Positions 28,177-34,974 of a DNA stretch of 34,974 bases are shown one piece after another. The notes beneath the pieces were generated by a model. It saw only the letters and a program-made list of their open reading frames with translations. It was not told the DNA's origin and did no database searches. The stretch is from an uncultured Methanosarcinales archaeon (GTDB lineage Archaea; Halobacteriota; Methanosarcinia; Methanosarcinales; Methanogasteraceae), in assembly GCA_965369365.1 (NCBI GenBank), contig CBDUQO010000002.1:1-34974 (forward strand), written 5' to 3'. Each line of letters starts with the position of its first letter. Positions within the stretch are counted from its first letter, which is position 1. The position numbers and the translations under genes are program-made.

Positions 28177-28263
28177 TCACCGATTATACCTAACAACTCA
28201 CTCGAACAGATTCATGGAATCTCATGTAACAGCAGATGGTGTGACAGCCCCCGCCAAACCTTG

Positions 28264-28974
28264 TCAGGTTCTTGTTGCAAAGTTCACAACAGCAACATGA
28301 TGATCACTATTAATATGCTTATTCAGGAGTGCTACATACTCACTCACTCCTTTTGCATCAAGTGAATCTCGAGATTTTTCTTTCAATTCTCGTTTGAACG
28401 ACTCTTTCTCTGCCATAATCAGACCAAGTTTCCTCTCTATTAATTCATTGTACAGATACTTTATACGTAGTAGAGATTTTACTTGTGTTATTAATTCTAA
28501 AGAAGTTACTGGCTTTGTAAGAAAGTTATCCACTCCGGATTCAATAGCTTTTATTTTATATTTCGTTTCACTCAGCGCAGTCACCATCACGACTGGTATA
28601 AACAGCGTCTCTGCCTTTCCTCTCAATATTCTGATGATGTCAAAACCGTTTAGATCAGGCATCACCGCGTCAAGTAAGATCAAATCGGGCATTTCACATT
28701 CGACTTTTTTAAGAGCTTCTTCTCCACTATATGCAGTCACCACTTCGTAGCCTGCCGCACTCAACTGTGCCTCGAATAACTCGACATTCATAGGTTCGTC
28801 ATCAACCACCAGTATCCTCTGTCCATTCAGTTCCATCATAGCATTCGCTTTTTCCAGCATTATCCGGGCTACCGGGTCCATCGCCATATCAGAAACTTCT
28901 GACTGGAGCATGATGTTTTCGAAGTCATCGATGGTGAAACCGTCGATGATGGGGCATTCAGGTTCTATTGTCAT
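28264..28974 (-). CDS. Response regulator: receiver domain plus a short C-terminal coiled-coil, with no recognisable output domain.
   Basis: RILVVDDEP, ILLDAVMPDLNG and LTKP receiver motifs. ATG at 28974 is preceded by GGAG. The ORF extends to 29271, but that part (MCCCTLD...) does not look protein-like. Confidence 0.78.
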   Translation of the reverse strand: MTIEPECPIIDGFTIDDFENIMLQSEVSDMAMDPVARIMLEKANAMMELNGQRILVVDDEPMNVELFEAQLSAAGYEVVTAYSGEEALKKVECEMPDLILLDAVMPDLNGFDIIRILRGKAETLFIPVVMVTALSETKYKIKAIESGVDNFLTKPVTSLELITQVKSLLRIKYLYNELIERKLGLIMAEKESFKRELKEKSRDSLDAKGVSEYVALLNKHINSDHHVAVVNFATRT

Positions 28975-29400
28975 GTTCACAATCTCCACTATTTTACCCA
29001 ACGTCTTGTGCTGATGTGCACAACAACGATCTTGCTGATCTATGTAATTATCGTCCCCTACCGTATATAAAACTATCGGTTTGGTATGGATCATGTAAAA
29101 AATATAGCAAAATATCACATCAAGGTTCATAGCCAGACCACCGGACAGTTTCCCCCAATAATCCAAAGACCGGCATAATCTCCGGATGCGTGGTATCACG
29201 TTTTCCAAGCCATTGATTGTGAAGCGCTCGATTTCTATCTGTAATGATCTGTCTAATGTACAACAACACACACGATGCGAAGGCAGAGATTAACGAAAAA
29301 AGCGAGAATATACTAAATCATATCAAGATATTATCAGATTGGAGAACAAAAACCATTCGGGATTGTATGGAATTGTCTTTTATAGGTACGCGGCAGAAGA

Positions 29401-29420
29401 CCCCGCTACTTGTAGCGGGG
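29401..29420. repeat. Perfect 20-bp palindrome CCCCGCTACTTGTAGCGGGG, copy 1.
   Basis: Identical to 29575-29594. Flanked by GCGGCA (29390-29395) and TGCCGC (29426-29431), which can extend the helix. Confidence 0.85.
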
Positions 29421-29574
29421 ATGAATGCCGCACTAAAACGTTTAAATACATCCGGGTTAAGTCTGGTTTGTCTCGCAAGGCTGAAAGTGCTGGCGAGATA
29501 CTTGATGTACGCACGGACTGTGCGGAATTTAAGCCTGTGGGGATGCGCCATTGGGCGTCCCATGAAGCAGGAAG

Positions 29575-29594
29575 CCCCGCTACTTGTAGCGGGG
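29575..29594. repeat. Perfect 20-bp palindrome CCCCGCTACTTGTAGCGGGG, copy 2.
   Basis: Identical to 29401-29420. Shares the purine-rich flanks GAAG(A)- and -A(T/G)GAA. Confidence 0.85.
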
Positions 29595-29693
29595 AGGAAG
29601 TCACATGTTTTCTCGTTCGGAAGTAGGGGGTTTCGGAAGTACTGAAATGAAAATGGTGCGTATAGTGACCGGACGTTATAGTGCATATACTAT

Positions 29694-29699
29694 AAAAAA
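29694..29699 (-). terminator. T6 run 5 nt after the aminopeptidase stop codon (archaeal oligo-T terminator).
   Basis: AAAAAA on the + strand at 29694-29699; stop codon at 29705-29707. Confidence 0.4.
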
Positions 29700-29704
29700 T
29701 AGAA

Positions 29705-30826
29705 TCACACCAAAAAACGCTTCTCCATCTTCGTCAGATTCTCACAACCCGATTCTGTGACCACCACCAGATCCTCAAGCCTGATGCCCCCAACCCCCGG
29801 ATCGTACAACCCCGGCTCGATCGTTATCACGTTCCCGGCTTTCAGAACCTCGCCACCGCTGGCAACTGCTGGCGCCTCATGGACATCCAGCCCGACACCG
29901 TGCCCGGTTGAATGAGGAAACAGTTCCTTGTATCCGCGGTCATCAAAGAGATCGCAGACTACGCTGTGGACTTCATCTCCGGATACGCCAGCACGAACCG
30001 CCTGAATCGCGGCTGACTGCGCATCAAGCACAGCCTCGTACATCTCAATCAGTGCATGTGGGGGGTTGCCCCGCGCTACTGTGCGCGTCATGTCTGCGTA
30101 GTACCGCTCCTTTCGAAGACACGGGAAGATGTCGATCACGATGCTCTCGTCCGCCTTAAGCGTACCTGTGCCCATGTTGTGCGGCTCTGCCCCGTCCTTT
30201 CCGCCTGCCACGATCGTGCTGCATGATTCGCACCCGCAGTCTATCAGGGTGTGCTCAATCACCGCCCTGATCCGTTCTGATGTCAGAGCCTGCCCCGAAT
30301 CCGCTGGATGTACCGGATCAACCAGTACCCCATCACGGACTCCTGCACTCCGGATCGCATCTATCGCACGCTCCATGGCTGCCTCGCAGCACTCTTGAGC
30401 TTTTCTGATCTCTTCAATCTCGCTCCTGGTTTTTACGGTGCGCAGTTCTGCAATCCCACTCCTGGCGGGCGCAACCTCAAATCCCCGGCTTCGTAAGTCG
30501 TCTGCAAGGAATATGGGAAAGTTGTGCGGAACCTCGATACGAGTTAGTCCCTCGTCGTGCAAAAGTTCAGCCACAACCAGATTGTATGCGGTTTCCCGCC
30601 CGTACCGCTCCGATTTCTCGATTATGTCATAATCCGTGGTCGTGCGGATGTCATCGATCCGGGATTCGCTGCGGGCGCGGCCAAGTTCCATCTGCGAGAT
30701 CAGGAGAATCTCCCGTCCCCTCGAGTTTAAGTATAAGAACCTGTCATACGCGAGGAACCGGGTCACGTAGTACAGATCCGAATTATGGATGCTGTCGTCG
30801 ATTATGAGGGTGGGATTTTGTGTCAT
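29705..30826 (-). CDS. pepQ: M24B-family Xaa-Pro aminopeptidase/dipeptidase.
   Basis: HSTGHGVGLDVHE, VITIEPGLY and GIRLEDLVVVT metal-ligand motifs, plus a creatinase-like N-domain. Confidence 0.87.
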   Translation of the reverse strand: MTQNPTLIIDDSIHNSDLYYVTRFLAYDRFLYLNSRGREILLISQMELGRARSESRIDDIRTTTDYDIIEKSERYGRETAYNLVVAELLHDEGLTRIEVPHNFPIFLADDLRSRGFEVAPARSGIAELRTVKTRSEIEEIRKAQECCEAAMERAIDAIRSAGVRDGVLVDPVHPADSGQALTSERIRAVIEHTLIDCGCESCSTIVAGGKDGAEPHNMGTGTLKADESIVIDIFPCLRKERYYADMTRTVARGNPPHALIEMYEAVLDAQSAAIQAVRAGVSGDEVHSVVCDLFDDRGYKELFPHSTGHGVGLDVHEAPAVASGGEVLKAGNVITIEPGLYDPGVGGIRLEDLVVVTESGCENLTKMEKRFLV

Positions 30827-30922
30827 GGTATTGGTATTGCGGGGTTGGGGTGCTGTAATCTTGTGCTATTGCGATTGTACGGGTTTGGAGTTTCGGGTGA
30901 TCGTAAGTCGGGCACCCTTACC

Positions 30923-31594
30923 TCAAACGATCTCACCATCCAGCAACCGGATGCTCCGCTGCGTCCTCTCTGCAAGATCCGGATCATGGGTGATCACCAC
31001 AACCGTCTTGCCGCGGTCGTGCAGATCCCAGAGGATGTTAAAGACCATATCGCCGGACTTCGTATCCAAATTGCCGGTTGGCTCATCAGCGAGGATGATG
31101 TCAGGGTCGTTTACAAGTGCTCTTGCTATCGCAACCCGCTGCTGCTGACCTCCCGAGAGTTGACCGGGATAAAACTCTCGCCTGTGACCGAGTTCGAGTG
31201 ATTCGAGAATTTCCGTTGCCCGGGATCTCCGCTCGTCAATATCCATTTCCTGAAGTACCATAGGGATCTCGACGTTTTCGAGAACTGTGAATGTTGGTAT
31301 CAGGTTAAACTGCTGGAAGATAAACCCAAGCACCTCCCGCCTGACCCGCGCCCGTTCGTTCTCGTTCATATCCGAGACCTTGTATCCCCCAATGTAGACA
31401 TCGCCTCTTGTTGGCATATCAAGGATCCCGATCTGGTTCATGAGCGTGGATTTGCCAGATCCGGACGTGCCCATGATCGATACGAACTCGCCCGCGTCAA
31501 CCGCCATGCTCACGTCCCTGACAGCGACCGTCGATGCCTCGCCCTCGCCAAATATCTTCCAGACGTGCACAAGTTCGATGATCGCGTCAGTCAT
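30923..31594 (-). CDS. ABC transporter ATP-binding protein (MacB/LolD/FtsE-like).
   Basis: Walker A GTSGSGKST, FIFQQFNL, signature LSGGQQQRVAIARAL and Walker B IILADEPTGNLD. Confidence 0.88.
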   Translation of the reverse strand: MTDAIIELVHVWKIFGEGEASTVAVRDVSMAVDAGEFVSIMGTSGSGKSTLMNQIGILDMPTRGDVYIGGYKVSDMNENERARVRREVLGFIFQQFNLIPTFTVLENVEIPMVLQEMDIDERRSRATEILESLELGHRREFYPGQLSGGQQQRVAIARALVNDPDIILADEPTGNLDTKSGDMVFNILWDLHDRGKTVVVITHDPDLAERTQRSIRLLDGEIV

Positions 31595-31617
31595 TGTCGT
31601 TCACAGTTCAGTCTCGT

Positions 31618-33333
31618 TTACGTATGTTGCATGTATGTTACGCCTGAGCGGCTGAGCATTTCATCGCAGACCGGTCCGGGCTTCCCGTCCATGATCAACT
31701 TACCATCTTCGATCAGTATCGCGCGGTGGGACACCTCTCTTACGAAATCGAGATGATGGCTGATCAACACGATCGTTGTCCCGAACTCGGCGTTGATCTT
31801 TTTCAGCGAATTGGTGACGTCGCGCAGCGTTATCGGGTCCAGATCACCGAATGGTTCATCAAGCAACAGGATCTCAGGACGGTGCGCAAGCGTGATCGCA
31901 AGCATCGCTCGCACCTTCTCGCCGCCTGACAACTCTTGTGGGTACTTATCCAGCACATCCAGCGAGAGGTCAAGAGCACTGAATATTGGTTCTGCATACT
32001 TCAGGGTCTCTATACGAGGGAAACGCGGGAATAACTCGTGGAGAATGTCCGGAGTATATCCAAGCGCCCCCAGTTTGTCTTTTGCGCCGGTTTCGGGCAT
32101 GTCAACGATCTGATATAGTATATCCAGCACTTCATCCGCTATGCCCAGTTCCTCTGCCCGTTCCTTTGCGATATCGATCACATGCTGCCCCTTGACACCG
32201 AGTTTGAATGCAAGCTGGTCCACAACCGGTTCGTGCGGGCTTAATGCAAACTCCTGGAACATGATTCCGATCTTCTGCCTGACTGCCATCCGCTGCTTGT
32301 GGTATTTGCTCAGGTCCACCCACTCGTCATCCTGCCTGTAAAGCACTGATCCTTGCTTTGGAAACAGGAAACCGGACATTATATTCCACAAAACCGTTTT
32401 GCCCGCGCCACTTGGACCTATGATCGATGTAATCTCTCCCTGGTTAATCCCGAAGTTGACCGAGTCGAAAACCAGCGTTTTCGCCCTGAGCGCTACAAGA
32501 TAAAAGCTGTGCGAGACATCTTTCATTTTTATGATTACCTTCTCATCAGGGGTCACTTCGGAGAGTGGAACCGGTTCCTGCATACCTTTTAGGAAATCAG
32601 CGATTACGGAGTCCGGATCGCCTTCACTGACGATCTTTCCGTTCTCAATCCATATCAGCCGGTCCGTAAGGTACTTATGGATATCAGGCAGATGCGACGC
32701 ATACAGCACGGTAAGCCCGGTCTCACGGTTCACTTTCTTTATAGTGTCAAGCATTTCCTGTTTGGTGGCAGGACATGCCATCGTTGCAGGTTCATCGAGC
32801 AGAAGGATCTTTGGCTTCTTTGCAAGCTGTCTTGCTATGATCACACGTTGTTTTTCTCCTCCGCTCAATGCATAATCGATATGGCGTGCTTTATGCTCCA
32901 TACCCACCATTTTCAGGTATCCCATTGCCTCATCAAGCATGTCATCATAGTTGGGCAGATCTGTTGATGGCATCTCCTCATAACCTATTTTGAGCGAATA
33001 TATCTTACGAAGGACGTCGTTTACCGCATAATCAGACCACAGCGCGAACGACCGCTGAAGGTGTATCGCAGTATGCTTTCTAAGCTCTACTAACATCTCC
33101 TCCGACGAGTCCGGCACCATTTCCTGTCCATCCAGATTCAGCACCCCTTCATTGAATGTCTCGGTCCCGCGGATGATATTTAGGAGTGTGCTCTTTCCGC
33201 CACCGCTACGCCCGATCAAACCCACGATCTCTCCTTCATTCACATCGAAACTGATCCCATCAAGTGCCCTGACCTTTTCAGAGCCGATATTATAGTCCTT
33301 TACAAGATTGTTGATTTGCAGCATTTTTGTCAT
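31618..33333 (-). CDS. atwA: Double ABC-ATPase, methyl-coenzyme M reductase component A2 (AtwA)-like.
   Basis: Two ABC cassettes (GRSGGGKST/LSGGEKQRVIIARQL and GPSGAGKT/LSGGEKVRAMLAI). HLQRSFALW and WIENGKIVSEGDP resemble AtwA as I remember it. ATG at 33333 is preceded by GGAGAA. The ORF-track extension to 33489 was rejected. Confidence 0.62.
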   Translation of the reverse strand: MTKMLQINNLVKDYNIGSEKVRALDGISFDVNEGEIVGLIGRSGGGKSTLLNIIRGTETFNEGVLNLDGQEMVPDSSEEMLVELRKHTAIHLQRSFALWSDYAVNDVLRKIYSLKIGYEEMPSTDLPNYDDMLDEAMGYLKMVGMEHKARHIDYALSGGEKQRVIIARQLAKKPKILLLDEPATMACPATKQEMLDTIKKVNRETGLTVLYASHLPDIHKYLTDRLIWIENGKIVSEGDPDSVIADFLKGMQEPVPLSEVTPDEKVIIKMKDVSHSFYLVALRAKTLVFDSVNFGINQGEITSIIGPSGAGKTVLWNIMSGFLFPKQGSVLYRQDDEWVDLSKYHKQRMAVRQKIGIMFQEFALSPHEPVVDQLAFKLGVKGQHVIDIAKERAEELGIADEVLDILYQIVDMPETGAKDKLGALGYTPDILHELFPRFPRIETLKYAEPIFSALDLSLDVLDKYPQELSGGEKVRAMLAITLAHRPEILLLDEPFGDLDPITLRDVTNSLKKINAEFGTTIVLISHHLDFVREVSHRAILIEDGKLIMDGKPGPVCDEMLSRSGVTYMQHT

Positions 33334-33405
33334 GTGTATTCTCCGGTCACTGATTCGGTTAATGCATTTGTTATGTTGTATGTATTTAACGTTTTGATGG
33401 GGACG

Positions 33406-33473
33406 GGCGGTCACATCATGTAGTGTTTTGGTCATATCCTCGTCGATGGTTCGGTTGGATAAACCCCAATATG
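33406..33473 (-). promoter_or_regulatory. Conserved non-coding element, copy B, upstream of the atwA-like gene.
   Basis: See copy A. Lies about 70 nt upstream of the ATG at 33333. Confidence 0.6.
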
Positions 33474-33875
33474 CTCCGAAAATGGTCATGCCACCAATTT
33501 TATGGTGTGCACTACCCTCGGAAGAGGGAAGCTTTTGCAGAGTTTACTATCAGCTAAAAAATATAATAAACTACAGATAAATATGGATGAACCAGATTTG
33601 TTAACCCATTTGCGTAAATCTCGCGCATCACGGTCGATAGAACTGATAGGAGCGATAGTAATCAAAAAGTAGTGAAAAGCCAATATAATTGAAGCGTTTT
33701 CCATCTACTTTATTTATCGGTGAGCTATGCGTAACGCAAATTACCAGAGAGCCTATTTTTCTTGATAGGAAACATAGAATCGCAATCGAAAGACCAATCA
33801 ACATGCCGGAGTAGTTACCAACAACTTTACAATTCCCCGTGTATACATTTGATCGATACAAGGAGTACCATAACC

Positions 33876-34229
33876 ATGGATGAAATCGACGTCATGTCAC
33901 GAATGCTTGAACTGGGTGGAACCATGCTTGCAGAGACCTGCGAACGATGCGGCGCGCCCAAGTTTCGATATCAGGGGAAGATCGGCTGCCCGACCTGCGA
34001 TTTTAAGACGCTTCATGGCACGGGGGCTGAGAAAACCGGGGAAATCGGGAAAACGCAAGGTGTTGTAGGAGTTGACGGGGCGCTTACAGGAATCTCACTT
34101 CGCGATGTTATTTCAGATAAAATCGGCAAAATTGCCGCTGATATGCAGAAAGAGACGGATCTTGTACGCATACGCGACCAGATGGATTGCATCGAGCGCG
34201 GGATTCGGATTATGGGGATGCTTGGCTGA
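33876..34229 (+). CDS. Zn-ribbon protein of the UPF0148 / autoantigen p27-like family.
   Basis: MDEIDVMSRMLELGGTMLAETCERCGAPKFRYQGKIGCPTC pattern. ATG at 33876 is preceded by AAGGAG. Confidence 0.6.
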   Translation: MDEIDVMSRMLELGGTMLAETCERCGAPKFRYQGKIGCPTCDFKTLHGTGAEKTGEIGKTQGVVGVDGALTGISLRDVISDKIGKIAADMQKETDLVRIRDQMDCIERGIRIMGMLG

Positions 34230-34288
34230 AGGTGGCTCGTTTATCGCTCGATCCCCACTCGCGGCACGACCGGAATTACTGAATAGGG

Positions 34289-34942
34289 ATGAGCGACTTC
34301 CGGGTTGCAAGGTATGTAGTCACACCCGTGAAACGAGTACCAAACATTACCAACGTTTTTGATAACCTTCTGCCAGAAATACCCGCGATGCGCGTCTATG
34401 AAAACCCCCTGCTGAAACTGAACGTAACCACGCACAACGATAAGGTGCAACTCGACGCCGAAGGTGTGCTCGCGCTGCCAGCAAAACCGATCATCAAAAA
34501 GATAAACCGGGTTTTCGCCAATGAAAAGCCTGTTTTAAGTGAGGAAGGTCGGCTCGTCTTCTCAACATGGGTTCCCCCGGTTCCGGGCGTCGTGTTTGAC
34601 CGGATGATCTCAGCAGAGGTGAATGCGCTGTTAAGAAAGCGTGTGCCGGACCAGACCTCGATCGGGATTACGACGCGCTGCCCAAACAACTGCATCCACT
34701 GCGGCGCATCGGATGTCAGCGGCGCAGAAATGCCGCTCTCCATGGTCAAGAGCGTGATCGATCAGACGCTCGATCTTGGCACATACTTGATCTCGTTTGA
34801 TGGCGGCGAGCCGATGATCCGGAAGGATATTACACAGATGGTGGCACACGTGGACAAAGCGCGGGCGATCGCAACATCGTTCACATCAGGGTACGGGCTT
34901 TCGGAGTCGCTTGCCCGAGAGCTGAAACAAGCCGGTATGTAA
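34289..34942 (+). CDS. Radical SAM protein with a ~125-aa N-terminal extension, interrupted by an in-frame TAA. Possibly a pseudogene or a sequence error. Continues beyond the window.
   Basis: CPNNCIHCG (CxxxCxxC) and FDGGEPM. After the TAA at 34940-34942 the same frame reads AVRVTLDGIS. Confidence 0.8.
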   Translation: MSDFRVARYVVTPVKRVPNITNVFDNLLPEIPAMRVYENPLLKLNVTTHNDKVQLDAEGVLALPAKPIIKKINRVFANEKPVLSEEGRLVFSTWVPPVPGVVFDRMISAEVNALLRKRVPDQTSIGITTRCPNNCIHCGASDVSGAEMPLSMVKSVIDQTLDLGTYLISFDGGEPMIRKDITQMVAHVDKARAIATSFTSGYGLSESLARELKQAGM

Positions 34943-34974
34943 GCGGTCAGGGTCACCCTTGACGGTATATCGGA

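Noticed and set aside
27993-28196. 67-aa ORF whose C-terminus resembles the N-terminus of ORF 31618..33489.
   Set aside because: The similarity comes from the shared non-coding nucleotide element. All differences are non-synonymous, and the rest of the ORF has non-protein-like composition and spans the inverted repeat.
28975-29271. N-terminal extension of the response regulator (ORF start at 29271, MCCCTLD...).
   Set aside because: The receiver domain begins well downstream. The extension has odd composition (Cys runs) and no recognisable domain, and a GGAG-preceded ATG at 28974 gives a normal-size protein. Kept only as an alternative.
29401-29594. Possible mini-CRISPR array; the palindromic CCCCGC...GCGGGG core resembles type I-E/I-F style repeats.
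   Set aside because: Only two copies exist, with ~154 nt of intervening sequence rather than a 30-40 nt spacer. There are no further degenerate repeats, no leader-like AT tract pattern, and no cas genes in the window.
29244-29686. Three overlapping ORFs (29244..29645 +, 29339..29626 +, 29318..29686 -) with internally repeated peptides (PATCSG, LLVAG, ATSSG, SPLQVAG).
   Set aside because: The repeated peptides are just translations of the two identical palindromes in different frames. There are no start-site signals, and open frames on both strands are typical of non-coding GC-rich stems.
34940-34942. Recoded stop (selenocysteine or pyrrolysine) in the radical SAM gene.
   Set aside because: The codon is TAA, not TGA or TAG. 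No SECIS-like or PYLIS-like context can be assessed, so a nonsense mutation or sequence error is the simpler reading.

Overview
Densely coding archaeal chromosomal segment, methanogen-type (Methanosarcinales/Methanomicrobia-like). Supporting genes: archaeal uL3/uL4, pyrBI, archaeosortase, monofunctional CooS and an MCR component A2-like double ABC ATPase. I recognised about 34 protein genes, mostly housekeeping. Main clusters: rpl3-rpl4; artA-psd-pssA beside a divergent cis-prenyltransferase-like gene; a UDP-GlcNAc block (GlmU-like, glmS, glmM, GlmU-like); an M20 amidohydrolase-GNAT-endoV-like operon; a DUF424 / two coiled-coil / actin-fold ATPase / Zn-ribbon operon; and a cooS / MinD-ParA ATPase / CBS operon. 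I found no tRNA, rRNA, CRISPR array, IS element or obvious defence genes. Signals not explained by the genes: (1) a ~67-nt non-coding element shared, in the same orientation, by the upstream regions of cooS and the atwA-like gene; (2) a 430-730 bp non-coding stretch with two identical perfect 20-bp palindromes and several GC-rich stems, a candidate structured RNA or operator pair; (3) an 18-bp-arm inverted repeat with a nested palindrome upstream of cooS; (4) an in-frame LeuD-like / SAM-methyltransferase fusion overlapping the stop of a b-type cytochrome gene; (5) a radical SAM gene cut by an in-frame TAA at the window edge; (6) the ribosomal protein operon ending after rpl4. All protein calls come from reading motifs in the supplied translations, not from database searches.
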